From NCBI GenBank assembly GCA_947458785.1, contig CANGZU010000001.1:4269-68268 (forward strand): a stretch of DNA of 64,000 bases, read 5' to 3'. A program made the position numbers and the translations under genes. Shown in pieces: positions 9,208 to 20,009 of the stretch (position 1 is its first letter; each line of letters opens with the position of its first letter). The stretch is from Ignavibacteria bacterium (GTDB lineage Bacteria > Bacteroidota > Ignavibacteria > Kapaibacteriales > Kapaibacteriaceae). The notes beneath the pieces are model-generated. The model made no database searches. It was not told where the DNA came from and saw nothing but the letters and a program-made list of their open reading frames with translations.

Positions 9208-10068
9208 ATGAACGTCTACAACCTCTCCGAACACGGCACATATAATGTTCTGCTCACGGGCGACTCTGATTTTGTGACAGAGTTCGCTGGGCTTCTACAG
9301 GCAGCAGAGATTCAGTTCAGTATCGTTGCGCCAATGGATGATATTGAAGATCTCGACGTTGATTTTGACGTCATGCAAGATATCGCGAGTGATGCCGGAG
9401 CTGATCCGTATGATCAGTTCACAGACAGACTTATCTCCGATATCCACTCGCTTACTGCGAACTACACGCATATTGTTGATCTGTCCATCACGTCGCACCT
9501 CGACCGAAAACTTGCTCTCGAACTCGCATCTGCTATGAATCCGCGCGCTGCCGTGATTGTATCGGTCCTTACCAACACAGCCACAGATATCGGCAGCATC
9601 TCCAATACAGGCGATCGTATCGTTGGCATCGGTCTAGCACCTGGCGCAATGAAGGGTCTTACAACGATTGACATTTGCAAGGGGCTCAACACCCCCGACA
9701 CCTATTTGGCAAGTGCGCGTGAACTAATGCGGGCGATTGGCTTTGCAACAGAGGTGGTGGAAGACCGCGTAGCATTGGTCCAGATGCGCGTACTGGCAAT
9801 GTTGATCAACGAGGCGGCATTCGCTGTCATGGAGGGCCTAGCAGCTCCGGAAGACATCGACAAGGCCATGATGCTCGGTGTGAATTACCCGAAGGGGCTT
9901 CTTGCTTGGGCAGATGAAATCGGCATCGGTGTTGTAACGCTGATCCTTGATGGTCTTTACAGGGAGTATCAACAAGAACGCTATCGTCCGTGTGTGCAGC
10001 TCAAGCAGATGATGCGCGCCGGGTGGACAGGTAAATCTGCTGGACGCGGCTTCTACATTTACAACTAG
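9208..10068 (+). CDS. 3-hydroxyacyl-CoA dehydrogenase family protein (degenerate NAD-binding loop)
   Basis: C-terminal 3HCDH dimerisation domain clearly conserved (DIDKAMMLGVNYPKGLLAWADEIG); N-terminal GxGxxG replaced by LLTGDSDF. Confidence 0.55.
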   Translation: MNVYNLSEHGTYNVLLTGDSDFVTEFAGLLQAAEIQFSIVAPMDDIEDLDVDFDVMQDIASDAGADPYDQFTDRLISDIHSLTANYTHIVDLSITSHLDRKLALELASAMNPRAAVIVSVLTNTATDIGSISNTGDRIVGIGLAPGAMKGLTTIDICKGLNTPDTYLASARELMRAIGFATEVVEDRVALVQMRVLAMLINEAAFAVMEGLAAPEDIDKAMMLGVNYPKGLLAWADEIGIGVVTLILDGLYREYQQERYRPCVQLKQMMRAGWTGKSAGRGFYIYN

Positions 10069-10071
10069 GCC

Positions 10072-10782
10072 ATGGCGATCCGGGTCTTTCTCGACTTTGA
10101 TGGTACGATAAGCCAACGTGATGTCGGAGATGAGGTTGTGCGTCACTTCGGCGAGTTCGAGCCCCTTCATTCCGAGCTACTTACAGGTTCAATGTCGGTT
10201 GCCCAGTACTACCAGCGGGCCGTACAGAGCTTCTCTGATTTGGTTACCCCCGATGCACTTTTAGCATTTGCGCTTGAGCAGGAACTTGACGCCGGTGCGG
10301 GCACACTGCTGCGCTGGCTTCGATCGGTCGAGATCCCAACCTACATCGTAAGCGATGGCTTCGACATCTACATCCGCCCCCTGCTTCAGACAATTGAAGG
10401 TGGTGCAGAACTGCCAGTAGCATGTAATGTTCTTCGATGGGACGGATCAGTGTTCATGCCTGAGTTTCCGGGGGCTTCGGAATCGTGCTCGTGTTTCTGC
10501 GCGTCGTGCAAGCGCAATGCCGTGATCTCGCGTATTGCGATGGATGATATCGTGATCTACATCGGTGACGGACGCTCAGACACCTGCGCCGTGCAGTTTG
10601 CAGACATCGTCTTTGCCAAAGGAACTCTAGCGGCGTTTTGCACAGAGCAAGGAATTCCGTTCCATCACTATCGTAGTCTGTATGACGTGCTGATCATTCT
10701 GCAGAACCGACATCAACACAAGGACTTCAGGCCAAGACGTCAGGCCTTTCTCGCCCGTAAGCGGGCCATAGAGGCCGAGTGA
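10072..10782 (+). CDS. HAD-superfamily phosphatase (MtnX/PSP-like)
   Basis: DFDGTIS motif I at the N-terminus; 3-nt gap from the upstream gene suggests an operon. Confidence 0.6.
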   Translation: MAIRVFLDFDGTISQRDVGDEVVRHFGEFEPLHSELLTGSMSVAQYYQRAVQSFSDLVTPDALLAFALEQELDAGAGTLLRWLRSVEIPTYIVSDGFDIYIRPLLQTIEGGAELPVACNVLRWDGSVFMPEFPGASESCSCFCASCKRNAVISRIAMDDIVIYIGDGRSDTCAVQFADIVFAKGTLAAFCTEQGIPFHHYRSLYDVLIILQNRHQHKDFRPRRQAFLARKRAIEAE

Positions 10783-10840
10783 TTAAACCTCTACGGGTGG
10801 CTGACCGTCTCATGGCCCACACACAATCGAGAGGTTCATC

Positions 10841-11743
10841 ATGAAACATGCATTAGTTATCTGCGCTGCTCTGATCAGTCTTCATGCGGCAGCTATCGCA
10901 CAAGACAAGTCCACAAAGCGTGCTGAACGTCGTGCCGCGATGACAGAGCTTCGCTCTGATTTGCGCACATGGTTCGAACGTGAAGTCTACGCTACGGTAA
11001 AGTCTTGGCATGAGCAATATGACGCATCACTTCCGGCAGAGGACCTGCGCACTCTGCAGGGGCTTCGTCAGGAAGCCAAACGTCTTAAGGAGTCTGTTGC
11101 GAACGATCTACAAAACATGCGCGGTACATTCGAGCGGGGCAACCGTAGCGAGCTGCGCGATAAGATGTCAGATCTCCGCGAGAAACATCGCGATGCAGTA
11201 AAGGATGTGCTTGAGCGCCTCAAGCCAATCGCAAAGCGTTCGCGCACGAAGCTGCGTCAGCTCTTCGATGACAACGAAGACAAGATTGAATCATGGCGCG
11301 GTCAAGCAAGAGATATCGTAGGTGACTGGCGCGATGAGCATGAGGACCTTGATTTCAATGGCATGTTCGGTCGTGGTGGACAGCAGTTGCCACTCATGGG
11401 CGGTGATGGACGCAAGGCAGCAATTCGCTTTATCCTTTGGGATGGCACAATGCCCCCTGCCCCCCAAGCGGGCATCTTTACACCGCAACGCATGCCAATG
11501 TCGGTGTCTCCTGCGCCAAGTGGCAACGCGGCTACAGTGGATGTTGCTAATGTTCCCGATGGACAACATGCGCTCCAGGTGTTCGACATGAATGGTACGC
11601 TGGTGCGCACGGTCAACGTCACAGCGCAATCAGGAAAGGTCAACCACCGGTTCGACCTCTCCGGTCTCCCTGCTGGCACATACATGGTAAGCATCAACAC
11701 ACCTGCCGGAAGAAGCACAACCAACGTGGTCGTTACAAAGTAG
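10841..11743 (+). CDS. secreted helical protein with T9SS C-terminal sorting domain
   Basis: signal peptide; charged helical middle; C-terminal about 80 aa beta domain (ALQVFDMNGTLV...GTYMVSINT) resembling a Por/T9SS CTD. Confidence 0.5.
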   Translation: MKHALVICAALISLHAAAIAQDKSTKRAERRAAMTELRSDLRTWFEREVYATVKSWHEQYDASLPAEDLRTLQGLRQEAKRLKESVANDLQNMRGTFERGNRSELRDKMSDLREKHRDAVKDVLERLKPIAKRSRTKLRQLFDDNEDKIESWRGQARDIVGDWRDEHEDLDFNGMFGRGGQQLPLMGGDGRKAAIRFILWDGTMPPAPQAGIFTPQRMPMSVSPAPSGNAATVDVANVPDGQHALQVFDMNGTLVRTVNVTAQSGKVNHRFDLSGLPAGTYMVSINTPAGRSTTNVVVTK

Positions 11744-11769
11744 ATTTATATTCATCAATCACACGGTCG

Positions 11770-11814
11770 GGCCCCGTTCATCACTCGTTGAGCGGGGCTT
11801 GTTCGTATATCTGC
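11770..11814 (+). terminator. candidate intrinsic terminator
   Basis: GCCCCG...CGGGGC hairpin followed by a TTGTTCG tail after the stop at 11743; the loop is long and the T-tract weak. Confidence 0.3.
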
Positions 11815-11860
11815 CGTGGTACAATGTATATTTGCGTGTTCAAACACATATGAGCGCACT

Positions 11861-12418
11861 ATGAAACTGCTTGGTATATCCGGCTCACTGCGTGAGAGTT
11901 CCTACAATACAGGACTGCTCACGACAGCAAGTACACTGCTCCCTGCCGATGTCACATTGACAATCGCCTCGCTACGTGAGATTCCGTTATACGATGGTGA
12001 TATCGACAATGAACCGCAACCATCTGCGGTAGTATTGCTGAAAGAGCAGATCGCTCAAGCAGACGGCGTAATCATCGCAACACCAGAATACAACTACTCG
12101 TACTCCGGTGTTTTGAAGAACGCAATCGACTGGGCCTCTCGTGGCGCTACACGCCCCTTCACAGACAAGCCCGTTGCCGTCATCGGTGCCAGCCCCGGAA
12201 ACTTTGGTGCTGTGCGCGCTCAGACAGATCTACGCAGATTGATGTCGGCCGTGAGCGGTGCTGTGCTTCCGCGCCCCGAACTCCTTGTGAGCAATGTTCA
12301 CAACAAAATCAACGAAGAAGGCATCATCACGGATGAAGCCACACTGAAGGTTTACAGAACGCTACTGACAAATTTCATTGAGTACATCAACCACAGCAAT
12401 CTAAAGCGGGGCTCATGA
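11861..12418 (+). CDS. NADPH-dependent FMN reductase
   Basis: MKLLGISGSLR start and IIATPEYNYSYSGVLKNAIDW motif. Confidence 0.8.
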   Translation: MKLLGISGSLRESSYNTGLLTTASTLLPADVTLTIASLREIPLYDGDIDNEPQPSAVVLLKEQIAQADGVIIATPEYNYSYSGVLKNAIDWASRGATRPFTDKPVAVIGASPGNFGAVRAQTDLRRLMSAVSGAVLPRPELLVSNVHNKINEEGIITDEATLKVYRTLLTNFIEYINHSNLKRGS

Positions 12419-13137
12419 TGAATGCCATTCACTACCCTGCGAACGATCGCGGACATGGCAACTTTGGGTGGCTTAACACGTATCACACGTTCAGCTTTGG
12501 GCAATACTACGATCCGTCGCGAATGAACTTTGGTGCACTTCGTGTCTTCAATGACGATACCGTTGCTGCCGGTGAAGGCTTTGGAACGCATCCTCACAAG
12601 AACATGGAGATCATCTCAATCCCGCTTGAAGGGGTGATCATGCACCAGGATTCGATGGGACACAAAGAAGGAATTGCAGCAGGCGATGTGCAGGTGATGA
12701 CTGCTGGTAGTGGAATCACCCATTCAGAATACAATGGTTCGCCGACCGACACATTGAAGTTCTTTCAGATCTGGATCATTCCAAACAAGGCCAATGTAGT
12801 ACCTCGATATGATCAGGTAACGGTAGGCCCAGTTGCCGCAAATACGATAACAACCGTCGTTGGTCCGGAGAACGCCGGAACACCCCTATGGATCCACCAA
12901 GAGGCGTGGCTTAGTATGGCACATGTTACGGGCGATACGGGCATAGAGTACACACGAAAAGGCACAGATACCGGCATCTTCACCTATGTCGTACATGGCA
13001 CGCTTGATGTTGCTGCAGATGATGCATCTATCACGCTTGGCAGTCGCGATGGTCTCGGCGTGATCGATGAGCAAAAGCTCACGTTCACCTCGAACTCGGC
13101 GTCTCAGTTTATCATCATCGAAGTTCCTCTGACATAA
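12415..13137 (+). CDS. pirin family protein (cupin)
   Basis: N-terminal GFGTHPHKNMEI pirin His motif; 4-nt overlap with the FMN reductase gene. Confidence 0.85.
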   Translation: MMNAIHYPANDRGHGNFGWLNTYHTFSFGQYYDPSRMNFGALRVFNDDTVAAGEGFGTHPHKNMEIISIPLEGVIMHQDSMGHKEGIAAGDVQVMTAGSGITHSEYNGSPTDTLKFFQIWIIPNKANVVPRYDQVTVGPVAANTITTVVGPENAGTPLWIHQEAWLSMAHVTGDTGIEYTRKGTDTGIFTYVVHGTLDVAADDASITLGSRDGLGVIDEQKLTFTSNSASQFIIIEVPLT

Positions 13138-15842
13138 CGCCAACGAAGGGACTTTTCAATTGCCACGGCAACATAGGCTATCACACCGCATGAGATGATG
13201 ATGGCCCACATAAGGGGCGGCAGGGCTTCTGTTCGAAACATGACATTCATGACGGGAACGTACGTAAACAGAACCTGTAGAGTTACCATCAACACCACGC
13301 CATAGACAATAGTCATGTTTGACGTTATCGGCGCTGCAGAGGGCGACACGAGTGTTCGGCAATTGAAGAGATAAAAAATCTCGATCATCACAAAGGTGTT
13401 CGACGCTGCGGTTCGTGCAACCTCGATCGTGTATCCGGCATGCTGGGCATAGAGGAATACACCATAACCCGCTGTCACGAGAAGTACTGTCACAAGCAAC
13501 GTTCGCATAAGCAAATCCCTTGTAAAAAGGGGCTCGCCAGTTCGCCGCGGCGGCTGACGCATGATATCGGCAGGGGCGGCCTCAAATGCCAACGGGAGTC
13601 CCAGGATAACGGCAGTGGTCATGTTGATCCAGAGAATCTGTACAGGTTCTATCGGTAACGCAGAGCCAGCAGCTACAGCTAAGACAATGATCAATCCTTC
13701 GGCGGCATTTGTTGGGATGGTCCACAGAATGAACTTCAGGAGATTCTCGTAGACAGTGCGTCCCTCTTCAACAGCCGAGACGATCGTTGAGAAATTGTCA
13801 TCCGTTAAGACCATAGGTGCTGCTTCCTTTGCAACATCCGTTCCCGAGCGCCCCATGGCCACGCCAATATCTGCAGCACGAAGCGCTGGCGCGTCGTTCA
13901 CCCCATCACCAGTCATCGCCACAACATGCCCCCTGCGCTGCAATGCAGTAACAAGGCGCAGCTTTTGTTCCGGCGAAACGCGGGCAAACACGCTAACGCG
14001 CCGGGCGTGTTCTTCCAAATCCTGGTCGTTCATGACAGCCAACTGTGCACCGGTGCGAACGTACAGTTCTGGATGCAGTGACTCAGTGATGATTCCCAGT
14101 TCGCGTGCTATAGCAACAGCTGTTGAAGCATGGTCACCGGTAATCATCTTGACGTCGATGCCAGCTTGACGACACTCGGCGATAGAGGCACGTACCTCGG
14201 CACGCGGAGGATCAACCATTCCAACAATTCCACAGAACGCAAGATCTGATGCGATCGTGCGCAGCTCCAGCGTTTCGGGTACGGTATCCTGATACCTGGT
14301 TGCACACGCCAAGACACGATGGCCACGCGCGCCCATCATCTCGGCCTCTGCATGAAACCGGGACGTATCAACTGCTCTGTGTGATCCATCCGGCTGAAGC
14401 TGCGAAGAACAACGAGGCAACAAAGCCTCTAAACTCCCCTTGACAAAGATGCGGGCACCGCCATGTTCAAGACGATGCAACGTTGCCATGAGGCGGTAGT
14501 CACTGGAGAACGGCAATACATCTACCAATGGCATGAGTTCATGTTCAACAGCCCGATGCACATCGGCTTTCATGCCGAGCACCACGAGGGCCGCTTCAGT
14601 TGGATCTCCGACGGACTGCCACCTGCCCCCTTCCTGATGAACGATGGCAGTTGAGCAGAGAACTCCTGTGCGGATTGTCTCGAGCAGGGCAATGTCCTGC
14701 CCAATGTGTATGGGGTACTCTGCACCCGATGAGTCATTGGCGCGTAGGATTCGGCCATCAGGTTCATAGCCCGTGCCTTCCACATCATACTCGTGCCCAG
14801 CTGTCGCGATCTTAACAACAGTCATTTGATTTTCGGTCAATGTTCCAGTTTTATCGGAACAGATCACCGTAGTCGACCCCAACGTCTCGACAGCCGGCAG
14901 CTTTCGAATAATGGCCCTACGCTTCGCCATACGGTTAACGCCGATGGCCAGGATGATTGTAACTGCTGCTGGCAGGCCCTCTGGAACAGCGCCAACGCTC
15001 AGCGCTACGGAAACGATGAGCATCTCTACGACCGAACTACCACGCAGAACGCCAACGATGAATGTAACAGCCGCAAGCCCTATAATGGCGTAGAGAAGCA
15101 TTGAACTAAACTTCTCGATCTGGCGCGTAAGTGGTGTCTGCAGCTGAGGAGCGGTGTCGAGTAGTGCCGAGATCGTCCCTACCTCTGTTGAAGTGCCAGT
15201 TGCCACGACGATCCCCGTTGCCGAACCGCGCACGACCACTGTTGAGGCGTATGCCATGTTTGATCGGTCCGCCACTTGCGTGGACTCATCCAATACCCCA
15301 GTGTGCTTCTCTGCAGGAAGCGATTCACCGGTAAGAACAGCTTCAGCAATGGCAACATCCTTGACCCAGAGAAGCCGTAGGTCCGCAGGTACTTTGTCCC
15401 CAGCCTCAAGGAGAACAATATCACCTGGAACAAGCTCGGGCATGGCGATCCGCATTCGCGTGCAGGAACGCACCACTGTGGTCTCGCCTTCGATGTTGGC
15501 CGCAAGGGATGCAAGAGCAGCAATTGCCTTGCCTTCTTGCAGAAATCCGATGATGGCATTTAGGAGGACAACACTGAATATGACAATTGCGTCTGCTATC
15601 CCGCTAACTACTACCGTGACGCAGCCGGCAAGGATCAAGATATAGACAAGTGGAGCATTGAGCTGACGTGCAAAGCGCCTCACGGGGTGCTCGATTGAAC
15701 CCTGCGGCAGGGAGTTCAGACCGTATGCTCGCCGTCGAATCGAGGCCTCCTGTTCAGTTAGCCCTTCTGTTGTTGATGATTCAAGTACTCGAAGAACATC
15801 ATCAATATGTTTAGCATGCCATATCGGATGCTCTATGATCAC
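13104..15842 (-). CDS. cation-transporting P-type ATPase (type II, Ca2+/Mg2+-like)
   Basis: CSDKTGTLT phosphorylation site, [17 protein letters not shown]; 912 aa; 34-nt convergent overlap with the pirin gene. Confidence 0.9.
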   Translation of the reverse strand: MIIEHPIWHAKHIDDVLRVLESSTTEGLTEQEASIRRRAYGLNSLPQGSIEHPVRRFARQLNAPLVYILILAGCVTVVVSGIADAIVIFSVVLLNAIIGFLQEGKAIAALASLAANIEGETTVVRSCTRMRIAMPELVPGDIVLLEAGDKVPADLRLLWVKDVAIAEAVLTGESLPAEKHTGVLDESTQVADRSNMAYASTVVVRGSATGIVVATGTSTEVGTISALLDTAPQLQTPLTRQIEKFSSMLLYAIIGLAAVTFIVGVLRGSSVVEMLIVSVALSVGAVPEGLPAAVTIILAIGVNRMAKRRAIIRKLPAVETLGSTTVICSDKTGTLTENQMTVVKIATAGHEYDVEGTGYEPDGRILRANDSSGAEYPIHIGQDIALLETIRTGVLCSTAIVHQEGGRWQSVGDPTEAALVVLGMKADVHRAVEHELMPLVDVLPFSSDYRLMATLHRLEHGGARIFVKGSLEALLPRCSSQLQPDGSHRAVDTSRFHAEAEMMGARGHRVLACATRYQDTVPETLELRTIASDLAFCGIVGMVDPPRAEVRASIAECRQAGIDVKMITGDHASTAVAIARELGIITESLHPELYVRTGAQLAVMNDQDLEEHARRVSVFARVSPEQKLRLVTALQRRGHVVAMTGDGVNDAPALRAADIGVAMGRSGTDVAKEAAPMVLTDDNFSTIVSAVEEGRTVYENLLKFILWTIPTNAAEGLIIVLAVAAGSALPIEPVQILWINMTTAVILGLPLAFEAAPADIMRQPPRRTGEPLFTRDLLMRTLLVTVLLVTAGYGVFLYAQHAGYTIEVARTAASNTFVMIEIFYLFNCRTLVSPSAAPITSNMTIVYGVVLMVTLQVLFTYVPVMNVMFRTEALPPLMWAIIISCGVIAYVAVAIEKSLRWRYVRGTSMMIN

Positions 15843-17374
15843 TCCATCATGCCTGCCGGAATTGCTTGAACGATAGCCCCTTGAACAACGAGTTTGTGCA
15901 CTGCATCCATGTCATGATAGAGAACACGATCGGCTTCGGCAAATGGAACTACCGTGCGGACAAGTCCTACGATACGCTCCAGTGTCGAACTGCTTACAAG
16001 CGGCCGTAACAAATCGATGCCCTGGCAAGCACAGAGTATCTCGATACTCAGTACACGTTCAACATTCGCTAAAACATTCCAAAGTTTACGTCCGGCAATA
16101 CTGCCCATCGAATTGTGGTCTTCCTGGTTCGCTGAAGTCGGAATGCTGTCAACACTTGCAGGGTGAGCAAGTACCTTGTTCTCGCTAACCAACGCAGCGG
16201 CCGTGTATTGCGCAATCATCATACCCGAGTGAAGTCCTCCGTTCGGAGTCAGAAATCGAGGCAATCCACCCAGTGCGTGATTCACCATGCGTTCAGTACG
16301 GCGCTCAGAAATGTTGGCCAGCTCCGACAGAGCGATTGCCAGATAGTCGAGAATCAAGGCAAGGGGCTGACCATGGAAATTACCCCCTTGTACGTGATCA
16401 TCATCTTCGGCAAAGATGAGTGGGTTGTCTGTTGCACTGTTCATCTCTCGCTCGACCACCTCTGTGGCAAACGTGATCGTATCGCGCGAAGCACCATGAA
16501 CTTGCGGCATGCAGCGCAGACTGTAGGCATCCTGGACCTTTCCGTCGCCATCACGATGCGATTCACGAATCTGACTGCCCGAGAGTAACGTCCGCAGATT
16601 CTTGGCAACTCTGAGCTGCCCAGGATGTGGACGCGTCATGTGCAGGCGCTCATCAAAGGCTGCATCGGTTCCACGAAGGGCATCAAGTGAAAGCGCTCCA
16701 GCGATATCAGACGTCTTCATGATGTTGCGCGCACGATGCAATGCCAGTGCCGCATACGAGCACATCATCTGCGTACCGTTGATGAGTGCCAAACCTTCCT
16801 TGGCGGCAAGGCGCACGAGCTCGATGCCGTGACGTCTCAAGACATCAGTACTTGGTACGCGCTGTCCGTTAACAATACACTCGCCCCTTCCAATCATACA
16901 TAGGGCAAGATGCGATAAGGGGGCAAGGTCACCGCTTGAACCAACAGACCCCTGAGATGGGATCGCAGGTATAATGTCTGCGTTGATCATGGCAACAAGT
17001 GTATCGACTGTTGACTCACGAATGCCGGAGAATCCCTTGACGAGTGCATTGACGCGCAGAATCATCATCGAGCGAACGATCTCATGCGGAAGCAGATCTC
17101 CAACGCCCGTGCTGTGAGAGATGATGAGGTTTTCTTGCAAAGCTTCGATGTCGCTCTGCGCGATATTCACGTTAGCAAACTCACCAAAGCCCGTTGTCAT
17201 TCCGTAGACTACACGACCTTCCGAGATCCAACGTTCTACCGCTTCACGTGATGCACGAACCCGCTCGCGCGCTGAAGGACTGATCTCAACGCGAGCGTTC
17301 GTATCGTAGACAACGTGAGCGAGTTCATCGATTGTGAGCGACTCGCCATCAAGAATCAGCGTTCGGTGCTGCAT
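15839..17374 (-). CDS. hutH: MIO-dependent ammonia-lyase, histidine ammonia-lyase family
   Basis: ALINGTQ and GSVGSSGDLAPL (MIO region, Ser-Ser-Gly variant); IISHSTGVG Ser-His selectivity pair typical of HAL. Confidence 0.8.
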   Translation of the reverse strand: MQHRTLILDGESLTIDELAHVVYDTNARVEISPSARERVRASREAVERWISEGRVVYGMTTGFGEFANVNIAQSDIEALQENLIISHSTGVGDLLPHEIVRSMMILRVNALVKGFSGIRESTVDTLVAMINADIIPAIPSQGSVGSSGDLAPLSHLALCMIGRGECIVNGQRVPSTDVLRRHGIELVRLAAKEGLALINGTQMMCSYAALALHRARNIMKTSDIAGALSLDALRGTDAAFDERLHMTRPHPGQLRVAKNLRTLLSGSQIRESHRDGDGKVQDAYSLRCMPQVHGASRDTITFATEVVEREMNSATDNPLIFAEDDDHVQGGNFHGQPLALILDYLAIALSELANISERRTERMVNHALGGLPRFLTPNGGLHSGMMIAQYTAAALVSENKVLAHPASVDSIPTSANQEDHNSMGSIAGRKLWNVLANVERVLSIEILCACQGIDLLRPLVSSSTLERIVGLVRTVVPFAEADRVLYHDMDAVHKLVVQGAIVQAIPAGMME

Positions 17375-18312
17375 TACTTTCCAGATCCCTTACCAATGAA
17401 CGAACTCCAAGCATACTCCGTAGGCACCTTGCGTCCTTCAAGGGCAAGATCGATGAGATATGTGGCTGTGGTTTTGAGTACCCATTCGAAGTTGTCTTCC
17501 TGCACCGATGTGCGCTCAGCATCAGGGGCAGGGTTCATGTAATCGATCGCATATGGGATGCCGTCACGAACTGCGAACTCGATCGTGTTAAAGTCGTAGC
17601 TCAACATTGTACAGATCTGAATGCACAACTCTTCGAGTCGCTCGAGCATCTCTGGCGACGGGGCAAACCCAGCCTGATAGCGAAGATGATGGGGGTTACG
17701 GGGCTCATACGGCATGATGCGCACATACTTCTTACCGATGCAGTAACACCGGTAGTACTCCGTAAACTCGATGCCTTCCTGCAGCGTCATGACGATATCT
17801 TCTGTTTCGGCATAGGCCTCAAAGAACTGATCAACGGTGTCGACCTTGTAGACGTGCTTCCAGCCCCCTCCATCAAATGGCTTGAGGTAGGCAGGGAACC
17901 CCACGTCATCAAACAGCTCCTGCCAGTTGAGCGGGTACTGAAGGTTCCGGAAGGAGTCGGCTGTTGTGTCGGGCGGATGGTTCTTGCTTGGAAGCAGCAC
18001 GGTCTTTGGTACCGGAATGCCAACACGATGAGCAAGAGCGTAGTTGAAGAACTTGTCGTCTGCTGACCACCAGAACGGATTATTCACAACACGCACTCCC
18101 TTGAGGGCGGCGAGCTTCAGCATAGCTCGGTAATACGGCACGTCCTGAGAGATACGATCAAGGATGACATCGTACTCGAACAATGTATCCAGACCCACCC
18201 CGCCAATCTTCATAAATTCTGCAGAGACACCGGCATCACGACTATTGATCTCCTGCACAAGAGCCGGGGGAAAGGACTGTTCCATCCCGAAGAGTAAACC
18301 GATCTTCTTCAT
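17374..18312 (-). CDS. ATP-grasp-like hypothetical protein
   Basis: 312 aa; fold assignment by overall resemblance only; 1-nt overlap with the hutH-like gene suggests translational coupling. Confidence 0.4.
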   Translation of the reverse strand: MKKIGLLFGMEQSFPPALVQEINSRDAGVSAEFMKIGGVGLDTLFEYDVILDRISQDVPYYRAMLKLAALKGVRVVNNPFWWSADDKFFNYALAHRVGIPVPKTVLLPSKNHPPDTTADSFRNLQYPLNWQELFDDVGFPAYLKPFDGGGWKHVYKVDTVDQFFEAYAETEDIVMTLQEGIEFTEYYRCYCIGKKYVRIMPYEPRNPHHLRYQAGFAPSPEMLERLEELCIQICTMLSYDFNTIEFAVRDGIPYAIDYMNPAPDAERTSVQEDNFEWVLKTTATYLIDLALEGRKVPTEYAWSSFIGKGSGK

Positions 18313-18339
18313 ACGAGTGCCTTTGTAATCATTGTTGTG

Positions 18340-19125
18340 TCAAATGTCTGTGGTTGCATGCATTTCGAACCCTCGCTCTGCGCTGAATGTGCCATAGGTA
18401 GCGGGCCGAGCGAGCCAGTGGCCGAGATTGATGTACCATCCATCCCGATGAGCAGTTGTCTCGGCCTTGTGGCGATGGCCCATGACCACGTAATCGAAGC
18501 CTTCATTGATCTTGCCGAGGGCAAAATCGCGAAGACCATCGCTCGTTCCATAGTCCTTGTGTCCAGTGTAGTCACGGCTTCCATGCGACGTGGCTGAAGC
18601 AAGTCCGATGCCCACATTCGGATGGAGCAGCCTATAGAACCACTGGGCTATTCGACTGCGCAGGACTGAACGCAGGATGAGATAGCCCGTATCGTTATGG
18701 GCCTTTCCGTCGCCATGAGCAATGTAGAATCGCTTACCATTGATTACTGCCTCGACATCTCCGCCGAGAACCTCAATGTCGAGCTCCTTATGGAAATACG
18801 TATCGTGACCGAAATCATGATTCCCCATCAGATACGTAACAGGTATCCCCTGATCTCTGAATCTGCCTAGGCAGGCAAGGGTTCGCACGTGATCGCGGGG
18901 AATGACCCGGGAGTAGTCAAACCAGAGGTCGAACAGATCGCCAACAATGAACAGGTGGCCACACGTCGGGAGAGCCCCCTCGAGAACTTTGAGCAGGTCG
19001 GACTCGCGCTGCCGGTCCTGATCGCGGGTGCCGTAGCCCAGATGTACGTCGGAAATGAACAGAGCATTTCGACCGGGCTGGAGGTCTACCGAGAGAGCAG
19101 TACGTGAAACAACTGGGTCGAACAT
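18340..19125 (-). CDS. calcineurin-like metallophosphoesterase (LpxH-like UDP-2,3-diacylglucosamine hydrolase family)
   Basis: FISDVHLG...DLFDLW...GNHDF motifs; start placed at Met 19125 (ORF extends to 19179). Confidence 0.6.
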   Translation of the reverse strand: MFDPVVSRTALSVDLQPGRNALFISDVHLGYGTRDQDRQRESDLLKVLEGALPTCGHLFIVGDLFDLWFDYSRVIPRDHVRTLACLGRFRDQGIPVTYLMGNHDFGHDTYFHKELDIEVLGGDVEAVINGKRFYIAHGDGKAHNDTGYLILRSVLRSRIAQWFYRLLHPNVGIGLASATSHGSRDYTGHKDYGTSDGLRDFALGKINEGFDYVVMGHRHKAETTAHRDGWYINLGHWLARPATYGTFSAERGFEMHATTDI

Positions 19126-19190
19126 AACGATAAGATAACGCCCAGAAGGCCTGCGACGGCTATCTTTGTGCCGAATCACGAAGTGTTATC

Positions 19191-20009
19191 ATGTCAGTTG
19201 TACCCAATACCCGCAAACGCGTAACAACCCGCAGGCTGATTGAAATGAAGTCTGCAGGGAAACCCATCGCATGCCTTACCGCATACGATGCTATCTCGGC
19301 CGCTATCCTTGATGCCTCTGGCGTCGAAGTGCTGCTGGTAGGTGACTCTGTAGGGAACGTGATTCAGGGACACGACACGACTATTCCCGTAACGCTCGAG
19401 CACATGATCTACCACACCCAAGCTGTGGTAAGAGCAGTCAGCCGTGCACTGGTGGTTACTGATATGCCCTTTATGAGTTATCAGGTATCGCCGCAGGAAG
19501 CCTTTCGGAATGCCGGGCGTCTGATGAAGGAAGCTGGCTCCGGGGCGGTCAAGCTCGAGGGTGGCCAGCGGGTCGTGGATTCGGTCAGGCTCATGACGGA
19601 AAACGGAATTCCTGTTATGGGGCACTTGGGGCTTACACCCCAGAGTATTCATCAGTTTGGGTCCTACAAGGAAAGGGGCTCTACCCCGGAAGAAGCAGAG
19701 ATCATGAAGCGTGACGCCCTGGCACTGCAAGAGGCAGGCGCATTTGCGATCGTTCTCGAGAAGATCCCAGCAACTCTGGCAGCGGAGATCACAAGCCTGC
19801 TTTCGATTCCTACAATAGGCATCGGAGCTGGGCCCGCATGTGACGGACAGATCCTTGTCTGGACAGATATGATGGGGATGTCCACGGAATTCAATCCTCG
19901 GTTCGTGCGGCGGTATGCTGATCTGCACACCGTTATGATCGAAGCAGCCTCACAGTACGTTCGCGACGTCAAAGAGCGTTCGTTCCCCTCAGACGAGGAA
20001 AGCTACTGA
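19191..20009 (+). CDS. panB: 3-methyl-2-oxobutanoate hydroxymethyltransferase
   Basis: [13 protein letters not shown]...[10 protein letters not shown]...GHLGLTPQS PanB motifs. Confidence 0.9.
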   Translation: MSVVPNTRKRVTTRRLIEMKSAGKPIACLTAYDAISAAILDASGVEVLLVGDSVGNVIQGHDTTIPVTLEHMIYHTQAVVRAVSRALVVTDMPFMSYQVSPQEAFRNAGRLMKEAGSGAVKLEGGQRVVDSVRLMTENGIPVMGHLGLTPQSIHQFGSYKERGSTPEEAEIMKRDALALQEAGAFAIVLEKIPATLAAEITSLLSIPTIGIGAGPACDGQILVWTDMMGMSTEFNPRFVRRYADLHTVMIEAASQYVRDVKERSFPSDEESY

